Source: a virus (Duplodnaviria > Caudoviricetes). Taken from it: 41,446 bases of DNA. Under the pieces are notes generated by a model, which searched no databases, had not been told where the DNA came from, and saw only the letters and a list, made by a program, of their open reading frames with translations. Within the stretch, counting starts at the first letter, position 1; the number at the start of each line of letters is the position of its first letter. The stretch lies in IMG/VR virus record IMGVR_UViG_3300024275_000016, positions 1-41,446 of that record; one strand, written 5' to 3'. Both the position numbers and the translations under genes were made by a program. Shown one piece after another: positions 1-6,532 of this stretch.

Positions 1-14
1 AAATCTTCCATATT

Positions 15-140
15 GGGCCAATAAGCTTTTTCAGCGGAAGCTGGACCAATATGGAAGATTTATCCTTGCGTACCAAAAGTGGCTTCTCGCGACACAAGGC
101 CCAGGCGGATTCAGTCCTCACGTCCTTCGCGAACTAGGCT
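15..140 (+). repeat. 126-bp direct terminal repeat, left copy (circular contig overlap)
   Basis: GGGCCAATAAGC...GAACTAGGCT at 15..140 is identical to 41321..41446. Confidence 0.95.
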
Positions 141-319
141 GGAAGGGGGAGGTTTGATTGGCGGAAACGGCCAACCCGCCGGGGACATGCTCCATCAGGC
201 ACTATTGCGGCAGATTGCCCGTGACAATGCCCGCCTGGCCTCCTGGGAACGTCCCCACAAGATTAACTTGGCCAGGGTGAAGGGTATACTGCCGTCGGGG
301 GTTCGGGCGCGGCTGCGGG

Positions 320-592
320 GTGCTAGAGGGCAAGATGACGCTAGATGAAGCCTTCGGACGAGCGCGGGACCGGTGCCAAGGCAGCGACCGCGGCGACCCT
401 GTCCTAACCCTCATGCCATTCGTAGAGGCGCCGAACGTCACAGCGCTGGTGGATACGGCCCTAGAGACGATCGTCAATAAACTGGTGAACGATCCCGAGG
501 AAAAGCTCAGTGTCTCGCAGTTGATCGAGGGGGCGCTGCTGGCTGTAATTGTGCGAGCCTACAACGCTGGACTTGCCGCCGGCAGAGACTGA
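320..592 (+). CDS. hypothetical protein
   Basis: 90-aa ORF with protein-like helical composition; start uncertain. Confidence 0.5.
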   Translation: MLEGKMTLDEAFGRARDRCQGSDRGDPVLTLMPFVEAPNVTALVDTALETIVNKLVNDPEEKLSVSQLIEGALLAVIVRAYNAGLAAGRD

Positions 593-870
593 CAGGTTAC
601 TGGCAAAGTTCTGTCAGTTGAAGTAGACCCGGACTGAACCATCCCCTCCCACGGACTGACATCGCATTCCGTCGCATTCTGTCGCTGCGAAAATCGCACT
701 TCTTCGCACTTCAAAATCCTTAATAAAAGAGCCGGTTTCGCGCCGGTTCGGTCCTAAGTTCTTGAATTTTCAAGGCCGAAAGCCCACAGCGGAGTACCCT
801 TTTATGCGCGCGCTCGCCGCGATCAGTGCGTTCGCGGTGATCGTGGCGAAATCCGGGAACCGGTCCCTTC

Positions 871-980
871 TGAGTTGGACAAAATATCCATAATGTCCAA
901 CTCGGGCTTTTAGGCGCACGAGGAATCAACGGGTTACAGACACGTCTTTGGCGCTATCGGTCACTGTAATGTCCAACTCG
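871..980. other. putative tyrosine-recombinase core site (13-bp arms, 6-bp spacer) plus a downstream direct-repeat half-site
   Basis: GAGTTGGACAAAA-TATCCA-TAATGTCCAACTC at 872..903; TAATGTCCAACTCG repeated at 967..980; lies directly downstream of the recombinase gene. Confidence 0.65.
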
Positions 981-1012
981 CGCGATGCGCCGTTGGCGAT
1001 AAGTGCTTGAAT

Positions 1013-1576
1013 CTATCGCCAGTCCGAGTGCCGGCCGGCGAACTGCTCGCGCCTCTTATTGGTGACCTGGACGTAGATCATGGTGTTCTGGATGTTGGAA
1101 TGTCCCAGATGGTCCTGGATGGCCACAATATCGGTGTCATGGGCAGACAGGTAGGTCCCACACGAATGCTTCAGCGCATGCATGTGGGCCCTCTCAGGAG
1201 CGATGTGCGCTTTCGCGCAGTAGTCCTTCATCAGCTGGTCAAGGCGCGATCGGGAGACGCGGCCGTGCTGCCGGGTGGTGAAGAGCGGCCCTGGCGCCAT
1301 GCCCCGTATCCGGAGCCAGGCGCTGATCGCCAGGCGCTCCGACCGCACCAACGGGAACTCGCCCGAGTTCGATCCCTTCAGCCGGCGGATCATGATCCGC
1401 TGGGCCTTCTCCCGGTAGTCGCCAATCTGGATCATCCCCAGCTCGCTGGCGCGCAGGCCACGGTGGTACGCCAGGCGAAACATGGCTGTATCCCGGGGCG
1501 ATTTGATGACCGCGAACAGGCGATCGATCTCTTCCTCGGTCAGGTATTCGGGGATTGTCTTAACCTTGCGTTTCAT
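1013..1576 (-). CDS. tyrosine recombinase, FimB/FimE/Xer-like, catalytic domain only
   Basis: 187 aa; RDTAMFRLAYHRGLRASE (Arg), RRLKGS (Lys), HMHALKHSCG (HxxK/R), LGHSNIQNTMIY (His, Tyr). Confidence 0.92.
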   Translation of the reverse strand: MKRKVKTIPEYLTEEEIDRLFAVIKSPRDTAMFRLAYHRGLRASELGMIQIGDYREKAQRIMIRRLKGSNSGEFPLVRSERLAISAWLRIRGMAPGPLFTTRQHGRVSRSRLDQLMKDYCAKAHIAPERAHMHALKHSCGTYLSAHDTDIVAIQDHLGHSNIQNTMIYVQVTNKRREQFAGRHSDWR

Positions 1577-1880
1577 CCTTCAATTCTGCTCGTTCTTTGG
1601 ATTCTCCCTCTTGCAGTTGCGCCGGACCAAGGGCTGGAGCCAACTCCGCCAGCAATGGCCTGAGCTCGGGACCCTTCATGCCCGAGTGGCGCGCGATCGC
1701 AAATTGCAGCGATAGCAGCTTCAACCGGTTCGCGTCATTGCCGTTGATTCGGGACAGTACCTTCAGCGCCATATTCGCTCGCCCATTGGCGTTGTCGCTG
1801 CCCGTTGTAAAGTAATCCTTGATTGACTCGAGCGCCTGGGGCGCCAGATCATTCAGTGCTTTCGATGCTTCGGTATCCAT
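1560..1880 (-). CDS. hypothetical protein between array and recombinase
   Basis: 106-aa ORF; ATG directly follows the last array repeat, which supplies AGGAG; overlaps the recombinase start. Confidence 0.7.
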   Translation of the reverse strand: MDTEASKALNDLAPQALESIKDYFTTGSDNANGRANMALKVLSRINGNDANRLKLLSLQFAIARHSGMKGPELRPLLAELAPALGPAQLQEGESKERAELKDETQG

Positions 1881-2340
1881 TCTTCAGTTCTCCTTTTCCT
1901 TGTATCGAATGCTCCTTCAGTTCTCCCCGCGTCTGATTGCACACCGCCTTCAGTTCTCCCCAAATCGATTGCTCCCGCGCGCGACGATCGAGCATCGGGA
2001 AAATCTGGCGACCTTCAGTTCTCCTCGGCTATTCCCCAAATCGATGCTCTCTCAGTGCGCCGCAGCGACCTTCAGTTCTCCTCCGCGTCTGCTCACGACT
2101 GCGCCCTTCAGTTCTCCTCGTTCCGTTGTTCCAAATGCTACAACGCGCACGGATTCTCCCATGCGAATGAGATCAAGCCCTTCAGTTCCCCTCGCCAAAT
2201 TCACAACGCAGCGCGACCTTCAGTTCTCCTCGCCCTTATCCGCTCTGAGGACCTTCAGTTCTCCCCGCCCTTCCCAGAAAGGAGGAACCATGCCTTCAGT
2301 TCTCCTCAATTCTTGCAGTAGCACCACCTTCAGTTCTCCT
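1881..2340 (-). CRISPR. atypical CRISPR-like mini-array, 11 short repeats (minus-strand consensus RGGAGAACTGAAGG)
   Basis: CCTTCAGTTCTCCY on + strand starting at 1881, 1914, 1947, 2012, 2069, 2105, 2179, 2217, 2252, 2293, 2327; intervening unique segments mostly 19-27 nt (three longer: 43, 51, 60 nt); begins 2 nt after the stop codon of the Cas12f-like gene. Confidence 0.8.
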
Positions 2341-2342
2341 CG

Positions 2343-3461
2343 CTATTCCCCGAATCGATGCTCCAGCTCGCGGATCGCCGCGCCGGCCTTCGTGGCCTGC
2401 TTCCGTTTGCGGTCGATTTCCCGCTTAACGGCACGCTCCGTTCCGGCATCCGCCAGGTCTGCCTCCGTGTGGACGTTCATTGCCAGCATATCGCCTTTAT
2501 CCTTCAGCATTTGTGTGAAGCGAAACGCCGGCCAGTCCGCATTTTCCAGCCCAACCACTGTCAGATCCCCTATCCCCTGCCCCTTCAGCCAGTCGATAAT
2601 CTCTCGAGACCACTGGTGCAGCCAATTCGTGAGCCAGCCGTCCCAGGTCATGTTGGCGAGCGTCTGACGCTTGCTGCGGGCTGAACCCTTGCGCCGGCCG
2701 ATCTGACACAACACCCGGCGCCGTATCGCATCCCACTCCTGTTTCCGCTTCAATAGCGTGACCAGCCGGCCGGTGAAGTCCCGGGACTCGAATTCCGTCC
2801 GCAGCCACAACCTATTGTTTTGTCCAATTGGGCCCAAGGTGGCCTTACGCTGGCCGAACGTGCCAAATTGTACCGCTATGGGGTAGGCCAGCCGGACTAT
2901 GACCTGGCGCCGTTCCGGCTTGACGACGATCGCGGCCTTGCGAATCGATATCTTCCCGGCCGCCATGTCATCCAGCAGGGGGCCCTGCCAGTCTTTGACT
3001 GTCCCGCACGCGAGGGGAATTTTAAGCCACGCCCCGTCCTCACATTTCGCTGCCTGTGCCTGTAATTCAATGACATAGCGGTCACCGTCTCGAGTCAGAC
3101 GGACCCCTGATTCCTTCCGGTCCTTGTTGCCGCGGATGGTGAGGGCGGCTGTGGTTTTCCACTCAGGGAGAGGGGCGCCGGCCAGGATGCGTTTGGCGTG
3201 GCGCCGCCAGGTCATCAGAACTTCGCGTTCTGCGGCCGTATAGGCATTGCTGCCCAGTTCCATCTTCTCGTCGTGCCGGATCCACCGGGTCACATCGTGA
3301 GGGATGTTTTTGGTGGGATCGACGCAGAGATTTTTGGATTCAGCCCAGAGCGCGCGCAGGAACAGGTTCCGGTAGCGTGCTGCCTGCCATGAGAGGTCCT
3401 TGAGGCGCTGGAAGAGTTCCCAGTCTCCCCGCAGATCGAGTTTAACGGCGAGCACGCGCAT
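2343..3461 (-). CDS. Cas12f/TnpB-like RNA-guided protein, predicted nuclease-dead and C-terminally truncated
   Basis: Blocks resembling Cas12f1 (recalled alignment): DWELFQRLKDLSWQAARYRN, LGSNAY..WRRHAKRILAGAPLPEWK, LLDDMAAGKISI..VIVRLAY, NWLHQWSREIIDWLKGQGIGDLTVVGL, WPAFRFTQMLKDKG. RuvC-I GIDLG reads LGPIG, RuvC-II MEDL reads VVGL, no CxxC ribbon or RuvC-III. Start ATG 3461 (372 aa) or GTG 3485. Confidence 0.8.
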   Translation of the reverse strand: MRVLAVKLDLRGDWELFQRLKDLSWQAARYRNLFLRALWAESKNLCVDPTKNIPHDVTRWIRHDEKMELGSNAYTAAEREVLMTWRRHAKRILAGAPLPEWKTTAALTIRGNKDRKESGVRLTRDGDRYVIELQAQAAKCEDGAWLKIPLACGTVKDWQGPLLDDMAAGKISIRKAAIVVKPERRQVIVRLAYPIAVQFGTFGQRKATLGPIGQNNRLWLRTEFESRDFTGRLVTLLKRKQEWDAIRRRVLCQIGRRKGSARSKRQTLANMTWDGWLTNWLHQWSREIIDWLKGQGIGDLTVVGLENADWPAFRFTQMLKDKGDMLAMNVHTEADLADAGTERAVKREIDRKRKQATKAGAAIRELEHRFGE

Positions 3462-3489
3462 ACGCTCATGCTCGCCGTCTGCCACTGCC

Positions 3490-3625
3490 TCTGACGCTGT
3501 ATGCGGCACCACGACCGGAGAACTGGGGCCGTCGCCGTTGCCGGCGTGAAGAGTGCCTCGTGCGAGATTACGAGGAGATTCAGCCGAAGCAGTAGAATCG
3601 GACATTCCAATCCAACTGTACGCTA
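3490..3625 (-). ncRNA. putative tracrRNA/scaffold RNA
   Basis: Intergenic; minus strand has CAGTTCTCC (3525..3517) complementary to repeat GGAGAACTG and CTTCA (3551..3547) complementary to repeat TGAAG; several hairpins including a GCAA tetraloop; ends approximate. Confidence 0.6.
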
Positions 3626-3631
3626 AAAGCC

Positions 3632-3778
3632 TCAGTCGGTGGTGACCAAGCATTTTATCAATGCATAGGCCAGCACCACGTTCAGAGCCATCGACAAAAG
3701 CAAAAGACGCCGGTACCGCATTACTTCGCGGTACGGCGTCCACGCCCGCTCTTTGAGCATGTCGTCATGATGCTTCAT
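3632..3778 (-). CDS. small membrane protein
   Basis: MKHHDD... 48 aa, one hydrophobic helix, ATGA overlap with the upstream gene. Confidence 0.5.
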   Translation of the reverse strand: MKHHDDMLKERAWTPYREVMRYRRLLLLSMALNVVLAYALIKCLVTTD

Positions 3779-3999
3779 CTGTCGCCCAGCGTCCATGCCA
3801 CCAACATGATCAGTAGGAACAGCACGAGGCCAGGCCAGCCGCCGGCGATCGCACGCACATAGGCTAGTATGAAGTCGTGGGGGCCGGTAATACGGCGTCC
3901 GTTGGTATACGGGGGCAAGACCGGGATTCGCCACCCGGTGCCGGATGAAATACGCCGGGAGACCAATCCAACACGTGCGCGGAGGCGGGCGTACATCAT
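3775..3999 (-). CDS. small membrane protein
   Basis: 74 aa with C-terminal hydrophobic helix; ATGA-coupled on both sides. Confidence 0.55.
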   Translation of the reverse strand: MMYARLRARVGLVSRRISSGTGWRIPVLPPYTNGRRITGPHDFILAYVRAIAGGWPGLVLFLLIMLVAWTLGDR

Positions 4000-4370
4000 T
4001 CCTGCCCCCTAGAGTATTCCGCCATCCCGGCGTAGGTGTCGTTGAGCCGCGCCACCAGGGCTGCGAAGTCGATGCCCATTGCCTCCCGGTTGCGGTGGTA
4101 GCTCACCGGGTGAGCCTGGTGGCAGTCATGGCACAGCGGAACTGCGGTCGTATCTGATGCCTTCTGGCGCATGCCGCCGTCTGAGCCCGTGTGGGCTGCT
4201 TCTACCTGGTGGGTGGTCCCGCAGGCTGCGCAGGGTAGCGTGCGGATCCAGGAGAGGTACTTGCGATCGCGGACGGGCCCGCGGCGGCCGATGCGTGGCC
4301 GGCGCCGCGGTTTCCTAGGGTGCACGGTCTCTCCATGCACCGCATAGCGTAGGTATCGGATTAAGCTCAT
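3996..4370 (-). CDS. DUF968/HNH-like zinc-binding phage nuclease
   Basis: KYLSWIRTLPCAACG..EAAH..DTTAVPLCHDCH motif; start placed at ATGA overlap 4370. Confidence 0.75.
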   Translation of the reverse strand: MSLIRYLRYAVHGETVHPRKPRRRPRIGRRGPVRDRKYLSWIRTLPCAACGTTHQVEAAHTGSDGGMRQKASDTTAVPLCHDCHQAHPVSYHRNREAMGIDFAALVARLNDTYAGMAEYSRGQE

Positions 4371-4624
4371 TGTTGGTATCCAGTGCACTCGGGGCACGGT
4401 GAGACGATTCCCTCGATTTGTGAGACGATGACCCGGGCGCCCGGCACGTCCTCCCCATCGCGCAGGGCCTTGCGGATCGCGGCGTAATCCGGCGAAGTCT
4501 TCACCAGCCCCGCTGCGGTAATGGCCGCCTGGTCGGTGATTTCGATGGCCTCGTAGCGGCTGAGAGCCAGACCCAGATTCTCGGCCAGTCGGCAGACTGC
4601 CTCGTCTTCGTTGAAGGGGCTCAT
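4367..4624 (-). CDS. Gp157-like protein (short)
   Basis: PDYAAIRKALRDGEDVPGARV resembles the Gp157 C-terminal motif; adjacent to the annealase. Confidence 0.6.
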   Translation of the reverse strand: MSPFNEDEAVCRLAENLGLALSRYEAIEITDQAAITAAGLVKTSPDYAAIRKALRDGEDVPGARVIVSQIEGIVSPCPECTGYQQ

Positions 4625-5499
4625 CGGCCCCTCGCTTCGCGTTTCTGCAGATCCATCTTCATTGCGGCATAGCAGGACCGCGCCTCTTCCAGCCCTTCCG
4701 GAGTCTCCTGAAATTCGGAAGCGTGCCGAACTCCGAACTGCCCCAGCATCGCGTAGTAGGTCCGGGTGAAAGAGATTGCGGTGTAGCGGCGCTTCAGCTC
4801 CGCGAAGGCATCCAGACGCTTAATGCGTTCGGCGTCCAGGGAGTATTGAAGCTGCTCCTCCACCGTGGGCTGTTCGTCTTCCGGCGCGTCCACATACTCG
4901 TATTCCACTTCCTGCGTCTGCTCGATGAGGGCGGCGACGGGCTGCGGGCCGCGGGTCATGGCGGCGATCTTCGCCTGGGCCACCTCCTGCGCGGCGGCCG
5001 CCGATCCCCTCAGTGCCGTGCCCATTTCCTCTTCCGTGACTACCCCGTTTATCGCAAAGCTGCGTTTGAGTGCCAGGACCTCGGCAACCTTGGAAATCAT
5101 CGCCGAAGGGTACTGCGACCACACCGGCCCCGGCTTCTTGTATTCGGAGTAATACGCTTCGCAGGTGATGGCATGGGTGCGGTCCTTGCGCCACACGGAG
5201 CACGTCGCCTTGACCGGCACGTTGCGGTCATCCCGCTCCACCCGCGTCTCCATGCCATCAAACTGCGGGTGCTCGTTGGCCACCCGGAGATACCCGTCAC
5301 GCGAGGCCATGATGATCGATTTCTCTGACACGAAGTAGATCTCCTTCAGGAACGGATCCAGGCCCGTGGACCGGCAGACCTCCAGGAACATGCGGAGTTG
5401 GGCGTCCGTCGCGCCCCTGGCCACCGTCTGCTTGATGACGTTGACCATTTCCGGCTGGTCATAACGGCTGGAGCTGGATAGTGCGAGTGCGGTAGCCAT
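4621..5499 (-). CDS. bet: phage single-strand annealing protein (Red-beta/RecT family)
   Basis: FLEVCRSTGLDPFLKEIYFV, SRDGYLRVANEHPQFDGM, WSQYPSAMISKVAEVLALKRSF. Confidence 0.88.
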   Translation of the reverse strand: MATALALSSSSRYDQPEMVNVIKQTVARGATDAQLRMFLEVCRSTGLDPFLKEIYFVSEKSIIMASRDGYLRVANEHPQFDGMETRVERDDRNVPVKATCSVWRKDRTHAITCEAYYSEYKKPGPVWSQYPSAMISKVAEVLALKRSFAINGVVTEEEMGTALRGSAAAAQEVAQAKIAAMTRGPQPVAALIEQTQEVEYEYVDAPEDEQPTVEEQLQYSLDAERIKRLDAFAELKRRYTAISFTRTYYAMLGQFGVRHASEFQETPEGLEEARSCYAAMKMDLQKREARGR

Positions 5500-5766
5500 T
5501 TACTGGATCTCCTTGTATGCGATTCCGTCCCACTCGAGGCGAACCTCGATAAACTTCTGTCCGTCCCAGCGTTCGACCACGGTGAATCTCGCGGGCTCCC
5601 GGAAGGTCAGGAACTGCGCCTTGCAGGCGTCGGAGCAGTAGATCGAATCCCAGCGTGCGGGCTTCGTGCTGCAGTTGACGCAAAGCTCGGCGGTGATGCG
5701 TCCCGCGGCTGAGAAGGACGCCATGACCGCGGCGGCCGGGATGCCTTTGCGCTTGTTGGTGTTCAT
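5500..5766 (-). CDS. hypothetical zinc-ribbon protein
   Basis: MNTNKRK... 88 aa with CVNC..YCSDAC; GAGG upstream; true start within the longer called ORF. Confidence 0.55.
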   Translation of the reverse strand: MNTNKRKGIPAAAVMASFSAAGRITAELCVNCSTKPARWDSIYCSDACKAQFLTFREPARFTVVERWDGQKFIEVRLEWDGIAYKEIQ

Positions 5767-5939
5767 TAACTCAATACCTCCTCGGTGGCGTCGGCCATGA
5801 CGTCGGCCAGCTGCGAGGGCGTGAGGTCTTGAAGCCTCGCGCCGTTGTAGCGTTCCTCGGCCAGGGTCGCGGCCCAGCGTCTGATCTTCAGCGCATTCAG
5901 CGCCTTGCGGTTTTTCCAGTACTGTTCGTATGCCGTCAT
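5766..5939 (-). CDS. hypothetical protein (57 aa, not in ORF track)
   Basis: MTAYEQYWKNRKAL...; GGAGGT RBS; fills the gap between neighbours. Confidence 0.55.
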   Translation of the reverse strand: MTAYEQYWKNRKALNALKIRRWAATLAEERYNGARLQDLTPSQLADVMADATEEVLS

Positions 5940-5942
5940 GGC

Positions 5943-6266
5943 TTAAGCCACCTCCCCTTCCATCTCTTCGTACATCTGGACAGCCGTCACGGCCCGGAGC
6001 CTGACATTCCAGGGCGAATTCGGATCGTGTACCGGGCAGTCGAAAGCATCGAACAGATCCACGTCCGTTTGATGGCATTCGCAGTCCGGCTCCTTCAGTT
6101 CCAGGCAGCCGGCACACACCAGGGTGCGGCAGCCGGCACACACCAGGGTGCGTTGAGTGGCCCACGGGGCCTGGGTCAATTCGAGGCAGTCGTCACCACA
6201 CTCCCAGCAGTTCAGGACGTGGGTTTCGGCTTCTTCTCGCGTGGTTCGTTCTTGCATTCGGTCCAT
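5943..6266 (-). CDS. Cys-rich hypothetical protein, first gene of the leftward early operon
   Basis: 107 aa with several CxxC pairs; leaderless start 7 nt after a -10 box. Confidence 0.65.
   Translation of the reverse strand: MDRMQERTTREEAETHVLNCWECGDDCLELTQAPWATQRTLVCAGCRTLVCAGCLELKEPDCECHQTDVDLFDAFDCPVHDPNSPWNVRLRAVTAVQMYEEMEGEVA
6104..6151. repeat. perfect 24-bp tandem duplication (RTLVCAGC x2)
   Basis: GGCAGCCGGCACACACCAGGGTGC twice. Confidence 0.9.
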
Positions 6267-6272
6267 GTAGAA

Positions 6273-6332
6273 ATCTTAGCATCCGTGCGCACGGATGGCA
6301 AGAGAAATCTGTACGCACGGATATGTTATTAT
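6273..6332. promoter_or_regulatory. divergent promoters with palindromic operators
   Basis: Leftward TTGCCA-17-TAAGAT enclosing perfect palindrome CATCCGTGCGCACGGATG (6280..6297); second copy ATCTGTACGCACGGAT (6307..6322) next to rightward extended -10 TGTTATTAT. Confidence 0.75.
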
Positions 6333-6338
6333 CGGGGC

Positions 6339-6500
6339 ATGTCAGATGAAGAGAAGGACGCCGCTGCGCAGAGCATGGCCGCGAAACGGTGGGCGAAGAC
6401 GACGCAGAATCAGCGGTCTGAAGTTGCCCGCAAACTAAATGAGGCGAGATGGGGGAAAAAGAAGAAGACGAAGAGCAAGAAGAGTACTACCGGCACTTGA
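6339..6500 (+). CDS. small basic protein, candidate repressor/regulator
   Basis: 53 aa MSDEEKDAAAQSMAAKRWAK..ARWGKKKK; flanked by operator copies; function inferred from position. Confidence 0.6.
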   Translation: MSDEEKDAAAQSMAAKRWAKTTQNQRSEVARKLNEARWGKKKKTKSKKSTTGT

Positions 6501-6526
6501 CTACCGTGCGCACGGACTGCTAGTTT
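6497..6526 (+). promoter_or_regulatory. sigma70-type promoter with operator in the spacer
   Basis: TTGACT-18-TAGTTT with CCGTGCGCACGG (6504..6515) between the boxes; ATG at 6533. Confidence 0.65.
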
Positions 6527-6532
6527 CATCGC

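Noticed and set aside
1-61. Bases 1..20 are an inverted copy (19/20) of 42..61 and differ from the sequence preceding the right terminal repeat; could suggest a hairpin telomere or an inversion
   Set aside because: Only 14 extra bases at a contig edge and no protelomerase seen; most simply a fold-back/chimeric read artefact
1007-1663. 218-aa + strand ORF
   Set aside because: Antisense shadow of the tyrosine recombinase
1819-2667. 282-aa + strand ORF with repeated FSSP motifs
   Set aside because: Antisense translation of the array repeats and the effector gene; composition is not protein-like
2343-3461. IS200/IS605 or IS607 transposon interpretation of the TnpB-like gene
   Set aside because: No tnpA or serine recombinase, no evident IS ends, and RuvC is degenerate; an array and an anti-repeat are present instead
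3462-3743. 94-aa N-terminal extension of the 466-aa ORF call
   Set aside because: Overlaps the upstream membrane gene and the structured anti-repeat region; Cas12f similarity begins near MRVLAVKL
6092-6101. CCTTCAGTTC, a 10-nt match to the array repeat
   Set aside because: Inside a coding region (ELKE codons), isolated, and plausible by chance
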